DNA from: an uncultured delta proteobacterium
GTDB lineage: Bacteria; Bdellovibrionota; FAC87; UBA2466
NCBI GenBank assembly: GCA_963778115.1
Contig: CAVZSV010000004.1
Span: 2,080,001-2,144,000, forward strand
DNA: 64,000 nucleotides
Reading direction: 5' to 3'
The translations under genes were made by a program, and so were the position numbers. Position 1 is the first letter of the stretch. The number at the start of each line of letters is the position of its first letter. Positions 50,683-60,681 of this stretch are shown piece by piece. The notes under the pieces were generated by a model that was not told where the DNA came from, did no database searches, and worked only from the letters and a program-made list of their open reading frames with translations.

Positions 50683-51097
50683 TGACTAGTTTCCCGTCGG
50701 CACGCCCTCCGGTCTTTACGAGAGCGGCTTTCATGACTTTACCGATATCGCTGGGGCCGGTGGCACCGCTCTCTTGAATGGCTTCGGCGACGGCTTTTTC
50801 CACTTCAGCTCGATCCAACTGCTCAGGCAAATAAGCGGTCAGAAGGGCGACTTCCGCTTTCTCCTTATCTACCAGGTCGGGACGATTTCCTTTGGTGAAG
50901 GCATCAATAGAGTCGTGACGTTGCTTGATCATCGTGCCTAGGAGCCTAATGACCTCCGCCTCTTCCAAAGGCTTGCGGCTATCAATTTCGCGCTTTTTAA
51001 TCTCGGAAACCACCATCCGAAGGGTCGAAACCCTAGCGGCGTCATGCGCTTTCATGGCGGTCTTTACATCGTTATTGATCGTGTCTTTCAAGCTCAT
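50645..51097 (-). CDS. GatB/YqeY domain protein
   Basis: AMKA, KQR.DSI..F..GNR.DL..KE, YLP.QL, IGKVM, GRADGK. Confidence 0.93.
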   Translation of the reverse strand: MSLKDTINNDVKTAMKAHDAARVSTLRMVVSEIKKREIDSRKPLEEAEVIRLLGTMIKQRHDSIDAFTKGNRPDLVDKEKAEVALLTAYLPEQLDRAEVEKAVAEAIQESGATGPSDIGKVMKAALVKTGGRADGKLVNEIARAKLSPKP

Positions 51098-51103
51098 GAA
51101 AAG

Positions 51104-51301
51104 CTAGTTCCGTGGAGGAAGTGCTCGTTTAATCAGCCGCTTACGGGCCGCAATCGACTTCTTCTTTCGGCGGACAGAAGGCTTCTCATAGTACTCCCGC
51201 CGGCGGACTTCAGAAAGAACCCCCGCCTTTTCACACTGCTTTTTGAAACGCCGCAAAGCGCCTTCACTGTGTTCCGTATCTCTAACTTTTAAACCGGGCA
51301 A
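51104..51301 (-). CDS. rpsU: 30S ribosomal protein S21
   Basis: [26 protein letters not shown] start at 51301 behind an AGGAGG SD. Confidence 0.96.
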   Translation of the reverse strand: MPGLKVRDTEHSEGALRRFKKQCEKAGVLSEVRRREYYEKPSVRRKKKSIAARKRLIKRALPPRN

Positions 51302-51398
51302 ACGAAAGCCTCCTGAAAGGGCGTAACATAAAGGCATGTAGCTGCATCCGTCAACTACAAGCGCTCCCAGAGCGCTTAGATTCCGATTCATATTAATG

Positions 51399-51557
51399 TG
51401 AAGACTGAATCTAAAGACCCGCGTGAGCGGGTCTTAATGGCACCGTGGTCTACGCCGATCCCGCGGTGACGGCGGGAATGGTATCTCTGTTAAGTTCAGC
51501 CTACTTGAACCACGCGAAAGTTTGTTATGACCTTCAGACTTTGATGCTCAGCCTTCA
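51399..51557. ncRNA. Candidate structured non-coding RNA of unrecognised family
   Basis: Closing stem 51399-51408/51548-51557, 9-bp GUGA hairpin 51414-51435, potential pseudoknot 51441-51474, hairpin 51494-51510; no ORF in the track. Confidence 0.4.
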
Positions 51558-51695
51558 ATAAAAAACTCTCTCGAAGAAACGCCGCGAGAAATGCTAACGT
51601 TTTTCTGACCCCTTTTTTTTTAGAATCTTTTCTAAAAGCGGGTTAGAATAAACCTTCATTTAATTTTTCACCCAAAATCTATCGGAGACTTCGAA

Positions 51696-54600
51696 ATGAA
51701 GACCTGGAGCGCCCAGACCTCTCGCATTTGCCGTAACTACGTTTTCACCGGATCTCTTTCCTTGGCTTTTCTAATAGGAATCGTCGGTTGCGGTAGTAGT
51801 ACGACCGCACCAACCGGAACTAATACGGGTTCCACGGCCAGCGCTTCAGGGCTAGTCCAAAGCTACGTCAGCTTTAGTCACTCGAAGAAAAACGCCAGAA
51901 AGAATCGCCAAGCACATACCTCAAACGATTGTGCGAGTGCAGCTTGCACCACCTTAGTGGTGGGCAGCGGTGGCGGGGGAACTGCCGGCCCCTCTTGTAC
52001 GGTAGACGGCAGCGGAAATTTTACGGTTAGCTCGGTCCCCGTCGGAGAACAGCTAGAAGCCAACTTTGCTTGCACCGGCGGAACGCAAAGTTGCATCGTA
52101 ATGTCGGGCGATAGTGGCGTTACCTGTGATCCGGTTGCTGCTGCGGTTATCCAAGCGTTTCTGAACGTGATGGGCATCAGTAGCTTAGCAGACGCCTCTT
52201 TAGCTCACGCTAACATCGCGCAAATCGCTCATTCTATTGACCAAGCGGCGCAAACCGGAACCACTGCCGCAGAAACCTTTTTGAACGCCATCTCCGCTTG
52301 CTCCTCGACCGCTTGTGATTTGGCGGCAATCAAAGCTTCACCTTTTTATGGACCGTTTCGCTTGATGAAAACGCAGGTGACCGGTTGGGATGTCGAATCG
52401 ATCTACACTCTATTAACTGACGTGATGGGCTACCAAGTTCAGATCGATTCGTTAACCTATACCCCCTTCGGTACGGCGATGGATACCTGGTTAAGCACGA
52501 ACTTCATTGGCCAGACGAAAACGTTTGTGAATGCCATGCTTCGAGATCAGGCGAGTAACGGTAATACCTACGTCACTGAGATCGTCTGTCAAATGCAATA
52601 CAACAAATATATGGGTGGCGGCACGATAACCTACTATCCGACGTTCAGCACGATTGACCCCACGGTTCCCCCGACGTGCGCTTCGGTCGATACCGCGACA
52701 CCTACACCGGATACCTCTACGGCTTTGGCCAGCAACGGATTTAGTCCTTCCCAGGTTACGGCAATCAATAACGCCTATAACAGCGGAAGTGGCGGAGGCA
52801 ATCAAATCGACGTCAGCGTGGGGAGCGTGGGATGTAGCGCCTACCAGAATCCGGCGTTCTTCTGTGTCAATACTCCTCAACTAGTTATTCTGACCAAAGC
52901 TAGCGAGCCGAATCGAAATGATCCTTTAGGAACAAATGATAATAACTTCATTCAATCGACCCAAGTTTCGATGATTGATGTATTCCCCGCCGTACAAACG
53001 GCGTTGATGAATTTGGTGAGTTCCCCTTCCAACGTGGATACGACCGGTGCCAGCACTCTTTCCGGTCACGCCTGTTTGGAAATTTCGGGAGGCGGTAGCC
53101 CCACCGTTTACAACGACACTTATTGCATGAACTGGTTTGGAACTCAGATTGCTCCCTACAAGAACGATTTTGCGGGAGCGATGGGCCTATACATGGCGCT
53201 GAAAAATAATAGCCTTGGCGCCAATAGCCTGATGTCGCTCAACGATCTCTATACGATTTTCCATAGCGCTAACTTTCTAGGAATGAAACTTACCGACCAG
53301 AGCAATTACTCATGGGGTGTCAATTTCACTCCCGCCAGCGGATCTGGAAACTATGGAATGAATTCGCTCTTAAACGATCCGAGCCCCACAAGTAGCTACA
53401 CGGGTGCATTTACTCTGGATCCGTTGTTCTTTAATTCCAACAACGCTACCCCGCTAACGAATGCGCAGGCGGTCACTCTTTATACCAGTGCCGACTATGG
53501 TTATAACGACAGCTTCCAATTATTTGAGACCATTCCTACGGCGAGCACGGTTCATGACTACGTCTTTAAGTCGGCCTACCACGTCGATTACAATCCGACC
53601 GGAGGTTCCACGTACTACGCCTCCGGAGGAACGGCGGCAGCCACGGGAACTTTGGCCTCCGATCCCATTTTTTGCCAAATGACGTTGGCTGGGGCTTTGG
53701 TTGAAGTCGATATGGCGCAAAATCCCGGTGTCACGGTTAAGTGTCGGGATGCCGCCACTCTAGGGGTCCAAGTGAGTACTACTGGAGTGATTACTCCTCC
53801 CGCGGACTTTCAGTATCCCTATGTACTTTCTCAATGGGGTTATCAGGGAGATTCGGCGGGTGCGCTCTTCATGCTAGTCGATTGGCAGACCGGTTTTCAG
53901 ATTCAGCCTAACGGCCACCAGCAGTTTGTCTATCAAAAGAGTGCAGGCAATCCCAACAGTGTCTGCGTGGGTGGGTCGGATACCAACTCGGTGGTGTCCA
54001 CCAATATCTCCATGGGTAACGGTAGCTCAAGTTCGTCCCAGTTAATTACGGCTTACTGCATGGATATGTCGACCTCTCCCACTAACTTCGCTTCGTCTAG
54101 CTATTTGGGATTCTATTTCGCGGGGAACATGCAACTCCCTTCCAGCGATCCTAACTGTCCTGGTTGCAGCATGGGGGTGGGGGTAGTGGGCGGATTGAAC
54201 ACCACCGTTTCGGGAAATTATTCGACTCCTCCCGTCTGCGTATTCGCGCCGAGCACGGCTCTTACTGTCACGAGTAACGTCGCGGTCGCGGGTTCGGGAG
54301 GTGTCGTTATCAATGGCAGTGGGCAAATCACCTCCATCGGTAACTTGCTAGTGGATTATTGCTCCGCAACCCACGACGGGGATACTTCTTATCAGTTAAT
54401 TACCATCCCTGGACCAGCAGCGACGGCGGATACCGATCTTTATGCCGAGCTTCTTCCCTCAGGCGGGACACCGCTACTTTGGGAAGCCATTCCAACGACA
54501 GGTTCGCCCACGGTTAGCGACTATTATTTAACGGTTAATGCGAGCGTTCTCAGTGCGGAGTTTGCCAGTACCAATAGTTCGACCACCACTGTCTATCGGG

Positions 54601-55607
54601 TAGCTCCGCTTACCCCCCCAACCCAGGTGCAGGGAATCACTTTGGCGAATCCCTCTTGGGAACCCAAATTTGATCCCTTCTGCGATAGTCGCGAAGGGGA
54701 CGGACTCTGTCATTGTTTAGATGGAACCACGAGTGCCGCAAAGTCTGGCAGCGCTTGTACCTTGGAAGATACTCCAACGGATTCCACCATGAGCAATCCT
54801 CCCTATAACGTCTTTCCGGGGATGGCCGCTCCTCCAGCGCCGGCGTTCTTTGCTGACTACCAAGGAAAAGCGGGATCTCAGCTCGTCGATCTGGGTGGCA
54901 CGGGGCTTAACTATACGTCCACTAACTGGACAGGGTCCGGTGGGGCCAGCGTTCAGAGCTTGAACATGAACTTTCAACAGGTTTTCGTATGCCAATATTT
55001 AGCCACTTCGGAAACCACTTACCGGTCTCCGCAGATGCTTTCCAACAATTGGAGCCATACGCAGCCCGGCTGTCCTGACTCCACCGGAACGATAGCCGCC
55101 TGGGTAGGTAATAGTGACCAGCCCGGTGCTCCCCCCGGAAGTACTCCTTCTACCGGTGGCGGTCCGATTCGACTCGTCTATCCCGTACCCATGAACAACG
55201 CGTACGCGGTGCTAACGCCGAACGCTGCGGTGAAGGTCATTAACTATGCTACGAAAGATACCGGCCAAGGAGTTACGATTGATCCCACGAAGAAGATCTT
55301 CACCTTCGACACGGGGCTGGCACTCATGGCATTTAGAAACCAATTCCCGCTCACCAACATTACGGTGACGCTTGCCGGAGGAAATACTCCGGTTCCCGGT
55401 CCGCTGGGAGCTTTCCAGCAGGTCCAAAATCCGGCGACCAGTGGGGATAACAACAACGACAATCTGGGTCCCGTGGGTTCGGTGCTGTGCTACTTGGGTA
55501 ATAACGGAAATGCGTGCACAAGCCATCATGGACAACGCCTCTTGGCGTCGTTCAACAAGGGCTTGAGCCACATGACCCATCAGCTTTCGAAAAAGAAGCA
55601 TAAGTAG
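51696..55607 (+). CDS. Very large Cys-rich, S/T/G/N-rich surface lipoprotein, hypothetical
   Basis: Lipobox GIVGC; 1303 aa; about 30 Cys; no recognisable family. Confidence 0.8.
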   Translation: MKTWSAQTSRICRNYVFTGSLSLAFLIGIVGCGSSTTAPTGTNTGSTASASGLVQSYVSFSHSKKNARKNRQAHTSNDCASAACTTLVVGSGGGGTAGPSCTVDGSGNFTVSSVPVGEQLEANFACTGGTQSCIVMSGDSGVTCDPVAAAVIQAFLNVMGISSLADASLAHANIAQIAHSIDQAAQTGTTAAETFLNAISACSSTACDLAAIKASPFYGPFRLMKTQVTGWDVESIYTLLTDVMGYQVQIDSLTYTPFGTAMDTWLSTNFIGQTKTFVNAMLRDQASNGNTYVTEIVCQMQYNKYMGGGTITYYPTFSTIDPTVPPTCASVDTATPTPDTSTALASNGFSPSQVTAINNAYNSGSGGGNQIDVSVGSVGCSAYQNPAFFCVNTPQLVILTKASEPNRNDPLGTNDNNFIQSTQVSMIDVFPAVQTALMNLVSSPSNVDTTGASTLSGHACLEISGGGSPTVYNDTYCMNWFGTQIAPYKNDFAGAMGLYMALKNNSLGANSLMSLNDLYTIFHSANFLGMKLTDQSNYSWGVNFTPASGSGNYGMNSLLNDPSPTSSYTGAFTLDPLFFNSNNATPLTNAQAVTLYTSADYGYNDSFQLFETIPTASTVHDYVFKSAYHVDYNPTGGSTYYASGGTAAATGTLASDPIFCQMTLAGALVEVDMAQNPGVTVKCRDAATLGVQVSTTGVITPPADFQYPYVLSQWGYQGDSAGALFMLVDWQTGFQIQPNGHQQFVYQKSAGNPNSVCVGGSDTNSVVSTNISMGNGSSSSSQLITAYCMDMSTSPTNFASSSYLGFYFAGNMQLPSSDPNCPGCSMGVGVVGGLNTTVSGNYSTPPVCVFAPSTALTVTSNVAVAGSGGVVINGSGQITSIGNLLVDYCSATHDGDTSYQLITIPGPAATADTDLYAELLPSGGTPLLWEAIPTTGSPTVSDYYLTVNASVLSAEFASTNSSTTTVYRVAPLTPPTQVQGITLANPSWEPKFDPFCDSREGDGLCHCLDGTTSAAKSGSACTLEDTPTDSTMSNPPYNVFPGMAAPPAPAFFADYQGKAGSQLVDLGGTGLNYTSTNWTGSGGASVQSLNMNFQQVFVCQYLATSETTYRSPQMLSNNWSHTQPGCPDSTGTIAAWVGNSDQPGAPPGSTPSTGGGPIRLVYPVPMNNAYAVLTPNAAVKVINYATKDTGQGVTIDPTKKIFTFDTGLALMAFRNQFPLTNITVTLAGGNTPVPGPLGAFQQVQNPATSGDNNNDNLGPVGSVLCYLGNNGNACTSHHGQRLLASFNKGLSHMTHQLSKKKHK

Positions 55608-55625
55608 GGAACCAAAGAGTCGGAA

Positions 55626-56675
55626 TTAGAGAATCGCCATTGCGTCACCATAACTAAAGAAGCGGTATTTGGCTTCGATAGCGGTTTGGTAACAGCGCTG
55701 GGCGTTCTCTAGCCCCATCAGGGCGCAGACCAGAATATAGAGGGAAGACTGCGGAAGGTGAAAGTTCGTCACCAGGCCGTCGATCTCGCTAAATTCATAA
55801 CCAGGCTTAATAAAGAGCTGGGTCTCGCCTTTCAGTCCGACCTTCTTCACCGATTCCAGCGCGCGAAGTGATGTCGTTCCCACGGCGATGGTCCGCCCTC
55901 CCTGCTTGCGTCGAGTTTGAATTCGCCCGAAAACCTCCTCGGAAATTTCAAAAAATTCGGAATGCATCTTATGCTCATCGAGATTACTCACTCGGATTGG
56001 CGAGAACGTTCCATACCCCACGTGCAAAGTGAGAGGAGCAATTTCGACCCCTTTGGCTGCTATCTCCTCCAGCAGTGTCCGGGTGAAATGTAATCCCGCC
56101 GTGGGCGCTGCTACCGAACCCAGCGGGTCGGCATAGACGGTCTGGTAGGTCTCTTTATCCCCTTTGGATGCTTCCCGCTTTAGATAGGGGGGAAGCGGAG
56201 GCAAACCTGCCCTTTCTACCCACTCTTCGAAAGTCTGTTTTATCGGTGATGTGGGTAACTTCAAGGCTAGGCGAAAAACTCCCTGTTCTTCGGAATCTCG
56301 ACTCAATTCCCCCGATGCGCCCTCCAGAAAAGCGACTTTCAGTGTGGCTTTTTTCGAATCTACGGGAAGTCGCTTCCCGGGCTTAACTAAACACTGCCAG
56401 TTTAGAAAATCCTCACTAAGGCGTTTTAAAAGAAAGACCTCTAACTTTCGATGGCGATCGTCGACGGCAAAAAGCCGCGCCGGAATCACTTTTGTATTGT
56501 TAATGACTAAAGTGTCCCCTTTCTTGAGTAGTCCTTTCAGGTCAGAGAATTTTCGGTGCTCTAGCTTTCTCGATGACCTGTCGTAATGGAGCAGTCGGGA
56601 AGCGTCGCGCCGAAGTTCGGGAACCTGGGCGATGAGCTCTGGGGGAAGCTGATAATCGAAGTCTTTTACTTTCAC
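55626..56675 (-). CDS. queA: S-adenosylmethionine:tRNA ribosyltransferase-isomerase
   Basis: FDYQLP.ELIAQ, NNTKVIPARL, PLPPY, YQTVYA..GSVAAPTAGLHF, YRFFSYGDAM; GTG start at 56675. Confidence 0.98.
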   Translation of the reverse strand: MKVKDFDYQLPPELIAQVPELRRDASRLLHYDRSSRKLEHRKFSDLKGLLKKGDTLVINNTKVIPARLFAVDDRHRKLEVFLLKRLSEDFLNWQCLVKPGKRLPVDSKKATLKVAFLEGASGELSRDSEEQGVFRLALKLPTSPIKQTFEEWVERAGLPPLPPYLKREASKGDKETYQTVYADPLGSVAAPTAGLHFTRTLLEEIAAKGVEIAPLTLHVGYGTFSPIRVSNLDEHKMHSEFFEISEEVFGRIQTRRKQGGRTIAVGTTSLRALESVKKVGLKGETQLFIKPGYEFSEIDGLVTNFHLPQSSLYILVCALMGLENAQRCYQTAIEAKYRFFSYGDAMAIL

Positions 56676-56730
56676 GCGGTCCTTTCTACGACGATCGGCC
56701 GAAAAATGCCATGCCTGGTACAATAGAAAG

Positions 56731-57789
56731 ATGAAGCCAAAATTGAAGCTTATGACGGGGCTAGTCTTTGCTAGTGCCTTCTCCTTCTTTGTCGCCGAAT
56801 CGATCGTTCGGGCGGGAATTGCCTTACGGGTTTCTACTTTTCGAAATCCCGACCTGTACGCCGATTGGTCCACCGACGATGACTATTGGAAGTTAAGGCA
56901 CCTCTGGGGAAAAAATGTCATGGTGCACGGTGAGCTCTACGATCCCCTATTGGGCTGGGGAATTCCGGTCACGGACAAAAATCCGTTGGGGGCTGTGACG
57001 GACCGTCCTTACGAAGTGGACGCCTATAAGCCCGCGGTACTTTTCGTGGGCGATGCTTTTGTGGAAGGGGTTACGCGAATGGACAAGAGGCTTCCCCAAT
57101 TGGTGGGAAATCAGCTGTCGACACCCGTCTACAACTTGGGAATGTCGGGATATGGCCTGGACCAAATTTTTCTGAAACTTCAGCAGGCCCGCCATAGCGT
57201 AAAAAAGCCGACGGCTGTGGTGGGAGTCGTCTCCATCGATCTCGACAGAACGCTGCAATCGTTTCGCACGGGCCCCAAGCCCTATTTCACTTTGCTAAAC
57301 GATCACTTGATGCTTAAAGGCGTTCCTGTCCCCAGAGATCCACAAACGTGGTTGGAGAAGCATCCGGTAAAGATAGAAAGTTATCTGGGATCTTTGGTAA
57401 TGCGGAAATTGCGTCGCTTTCAGACCTCTAATAGTCTCGAAGAGACTTATGGGAAAGAGGAGAAGAAGGCGCTGAACGCCGCCATTTTAAAGGAACTCAT
57501 CTGTGAATGTCATGATGACGCAACTCCCCTGCTCTTTGTCTTGTTCACCACCAAAGAGGAATTAAATTATGAAGGGTGGAGGGAAAAATTTCTAAAAACC
57601 GAATTGAGACGGTCGCAAATCGATTTTGTAGACGCAAAATACGAGCTCATACATGAAGCGAGAAAAGCTCACAGGAATGTTTATGATTATTTTCTCTCGG
57701 AGGGGCATTTAACCGCTGAAGCGAATTCCCTCATTGCTAATGCCGTCGCTAAACGTTTGAAGGAGATGTCGAACTCAGCCCTCAACTAA
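56731..57789 (+). CDS. SGNH/GDSL-fold membrane-anchored protein, nucleophile Ser replaced by Ala
   Basis: FVGDAFVEG (block I), NLGMSGYG (block II), C-terminal EGHL..EAN..IA. Confidence 0.72.
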   Translation: MKPKLKLMTGLVFASAFSFFVAESIVRAGIALRVSTFRNPDLYADWSTDDDYWKLRHLWGKNVMVHGELYDPLLGWGIPVTDKNPLGAVTDRPYEVDAYKPAVLFVGDAFVEGVTRMDKRLPQLVGNQLSTPVYNLGMSGYGLDQIFLKLQQARHSVKKPTAVVGVVSIDLDRTLQSFRTGPKPYFTLLNDHLMLKGVPVPRDPQTWLEKHPVKIESYLGSLVMRKLRRFQTSNSLEETYGKEEKKALNAAILKELICECHDDATPLLFVLFTTKEELNYEGWREKFLKTELRRSQIDFVDAKYELIHEARKAHRNVYDYFLSEGHLTAEANSLIANAVAKRLKEMSNSALN

Positions 57790-59058
57790 TTTGGATCCCA
57801 TTATTTTTGCATACGGATAGTAGTAATGAAGAATCTCTAGGTAGCTCTTGCCCTGCTGAGCCATGTAGCGAGCCCCCCATTGGCACATTCCCACTCCATG
57901 TCCCGAACCCACTCCGCTAAATTCGATCCCTTCCGAGTTAACTTTCCAATTTAGATAGCCACTCTTGATTCGCGTAAAGCCCAAGGCACTTCGAATCTCG
58001 TTAGTAGTCATCTCTTTGGATTTTCCGTCTGTTCTAATCACCAAAGACTCAAGACGTCCGCTCGCGGCTTTAGCGCCAGCGAAAATTTCAAAACTTCGAA
58101 GAGGATGCAAGTCCAGAGCCGAGAAAAAATCGGTTAGCTTCACCCAGGCGTGCCACACATATGGATGGAGCGAACAAAAAGGGCAGATGACACTATTTAA
58201 TCGCGTTTCATGTTTGGAGTGGTTGCCGTTGCCCCAAACCGAAGAGGGAATCTCGGTCCTGCCTCCACAGCGGGAGTGAAAGTAGGCTTTCATGGGGGCG
58301 TTGCCGTCACTCGCTCCATTACTCAAATAGAGCCCGCGCGTTGCTTCCACCGCTTTTCGAACCGTTTCGGGGACCTCTTTACCGCCCCCGAACACCTGAT
58401 CTTCGACACCGCGATCCATATCGTAAAGAGCATTCTTGGCGTGAGTCATCATGAAAAGAGTGTAACTGCGTGAAGCGACCGCCTGGGCTTTGAGCGCTTC
58501 GGCGTTCCAACCTGGCAGCATCTCGGAGGCGACCGTACTTGCTAGATACTTTTCCAGGGGAAGTTCGTTGGTGACGACGAGTCCTTGATTTTGCAGACTA
58601 ATTCGAACTACCCCTTCGAATAACTCCGCTTCGAACCCCAAACGGCCCGAATCTCGCGAGGGGCGGATCGTAACCCAAACGCTGCTCTGGCGAAAACCGT
58701 TTACGAACAAATGGTTTTCTCGCCGCTCGATAAGAAGTGAGCGGGTTGCCATCCAATTCGGGGTCTTACTAAGACGATAGAAAATTTCGGGTGAGGTCGA
58801 ATAGACTTTAGCCACGGAGAGCCCCTTGGCTAGGAGGACTCGGACGGGTGTGCTAAAATTTAATAGATGACGGTTCTCCTGAGGGGCTTCGGTCAAAGGG
58901 CTAGGGGCACCCCTGGTGTCAGGGCTTATTCCCTCAATACTCATAAATAGACAGATCGCCGCAGCTAAAATCCCTGTTTTTTTCAAAGGTTCCGTTTTGG
59001 TTATCATCTTTATCCGAAAGCTCGTGGAGAAAGCAGGTAACGTCCGAGCGAACGTCAA
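57775..59058 (-). CDS. SpoIID/LytB domain protein
   Basis: NELPLEKYL..V.SEM, EALKAQAVASRSY, FHSRCGG, GSGHGVGMCQWGA, IL.YYY. Confidence 0.93.
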   Translation of the reverse strand: MTFARTLPAFSTSFRIKMITKTEPLKKTGILAAAICLFMSIEGISPDTRGAPSPLTEAPQENRHLLNFSTPVRVLLAKGLSVAKVYSTSPEIFYRLSKTPNWMATRSLLIERRENHLFVNGFRQSSVWVTIRPSRDSGRLGFEAELFEGVVRISLQNQGLVVTNELPLEKYLASTVASEMLPGWNAEALKAQAVASRSYTLFMMTHAKNALYDMDRGVEDQVFGGGKEVPETVRKAVEATRGLYLSNGASDGNAPMKAYFHSRCGGRTEIPSSVWGNGNHSKHETRLNSVICPFCSLHPYVWHAWVKLTDFFSALDLHPLRSFEIFAGAKAASGRLESLVIRTDGKSKEMTTNEIRSALGFTRIKSGYLNWKVNSEGIEFSGVGSGHGVGMCQWGARYMAQQGKSYLEILHYYYPYAKIMGSKLVEG

Positions 59059-59145
59059 CCATCGCTTCGTTTCCTATTAAATGAAGGGGAATTGTTTTCG
59101 AGTGATTCGGGTCTAACTGGCTGCGGGTCGTATTTCTATTCTATC

Positions 59146-59970
59146 ATGGAAAATCTCATTCATACTTTCGTCGTTAAGCGCCATCATCTTTCCCGTTTGC
59201 TTTGTGCGACTACTTTGCTGTTTTGCTGGACCTCTTTACTAAGCGCAAGCTCCCCCGAAGGACCCACGGGAAATGAAGCAGCTAGCGGTCCGGTTAAAGT
59301 ATTTATCGACATGGGCCATGGCGGCAAAGATCACGGAGCCCAAGGAATGTTGGGTCTTCAAGAGAGTGACCTCGCTCTGCGTGTAGGAAAGCTAGTGCGA
59401 TCAGAACTACAGGCCACCGCCAAATGGCGTCACATTCCGCTCGACGTCAAAGTGAGTCGCGAGTCGGATGTCTTTTTAGCTCTTAAAGAACGTGCTGAAA
59501 TGGCAAATCATTGGGGAGCGGACGTCTTTGTCAGTGTCCACGCTAACTCCGCCGAGCGGCCATTGGCCCATGGATTTGAAGTCTACTTCCTAAGTCCCGA
59601 AGCCACCGACGATGAAGCCAGCACTCTAGCAACCCTCGAGAATGCCAAAGAAGAGCCGCTGACTTCAGGAGTCCTGTCGATTCTTTCCGACGTGCAGACA
59701 ACGTACCGCATCGAGGAGAGTGATAAGTTTGCTCAAAAGGTTTTTACAAGCATGGCTAAAGGATTAAAGCCCAACGTCCGTGGGGTTCGCCAAGCCCCCT
59801 TTACCGTCCTCTCCGGAACCGTGATGCCGGCCCTATTAGTGGAGATAGGTTATCTCAATCACCCCGAGGACGCGCGTCATCTGGTGCGTATCAGCTACTT
59901 AAAGAAGTTGGCTAATGCGGTTAGCTCTGGAATTATCGACTTCATTTTGGAAAGTAGGAAAATTATTTGA
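59146..59970 (+). CDS. N-acetylmuramoyl-L-alanine amidase (Amidase_3)
   Basis: [16 protein letters not shown]...[20 protein letters not shown]. Confidence 0.93.
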   Translation: MENLIHTFVVKRHHLSRLLCATTLLFCWTSLLSASSPEGPTGNEAASGPVKVFIDMGHGGKDHGAQGMLGLQESDLALRVGKLVRSELQATAKWRHIPLDVKVSRESDVFLALKERAEMANHWGADVFVSVHANSAERPLAHGFEVYFLSPEATDDEASTLATLENAKEEPLTSGVLSILSDVQTTYRIEESDKFAQKVFTSMAKGLKPNVRGVRQAPFTVLSGTVMPALLVEIGYLNHPEDARHLVRISYLKKLANAVSSGIIDFILESRKII

Positions 59971-60681
59971 GCTCGAGATTTGACGGCCGTAAACCCGACG
60001 AACTTCGCCCCATCAAGATAACCCCCCACTATCTTTCCCATCCTGCGGGTTCTTGCCTTATCGAAATGGGAAACACCCGAGTGATATGCTCAGCGATGTT
60101 AGAAGAGACCGTTCCTCCTTTTATGAAAGGTAGCGGCAAAGGGTGGCTTACTGCGGAGTATTCGATGTTACCCGCGTCTTCTTCCCAACGCGTGGGTCGG
60201 GAGAGAACCAAAGTCGGCGGTAGGACGCACGAAATTCAAAGGCTTATCGGTCGTAGTCTTAGAACCTGCGTGGATTCTTTCTCTCTTCGGTGAGCGTTCG
60301 GTTCTTATCGACTGCGATGTGATAGACGCGGACGGCGGTACTCGAACGGCAGCCATCACAGGAAGTTTCGTGGCCGTCTCGTTAGCCCTCAAGAAGTTAG
60401 CCGGCAGAGTCCCTGGCCTTGCGGACGCCGTTCGCTGTGGAGTAGCCGCGGTTTCCGTGGGCATGGTAAACGGAACTCCCTGTTTGGATTTAAACTATGA
60501 AGAAGACAAATCGGCCGAAGTGGATATGAATGTAGTTAAGACTTCCCAAGATCAATTCGTCGAGGTTCAAGGAACGGCCGAGGGTAAACCCTTCGATCAG
60601 CAATCGCTGGATTCGCTTCTGCTATTGGCTCACAAGGGAATCAAAGAGCTTCTAACGGCCCAAGAAAGAGTGCTCAAGTGA
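59967..60681 (+). pseudogene. rph: Ribonuclease PH split by a 1-nt insertion near 60275 (true lesion or assembly error)
   Basis: The 5' ORF has [11 protein letters not shown] and [15 protein letters not shown]; the next frame continues [25 protein letters not shown]. Confidence 0.9.

Noticed and set aside
51399..51557. Retron msr-msd (terminal inverted repeats around hairpins)
   Set aside because: No reverse transcriptase in the window.
51696..55607. Multiheme cytochrome
   Set aside because: Cys-rich but has no CxxCH motif.
56676..56873. Extended queA N-terminus overlapping the SGNH gene (likewise the extended track starts of parA, dtd, rpsU, murU and glycerate kinase)
   Set aside because: Homology begins at downstream starts, several with an SD; the extensions are longest-ORF artefacts.
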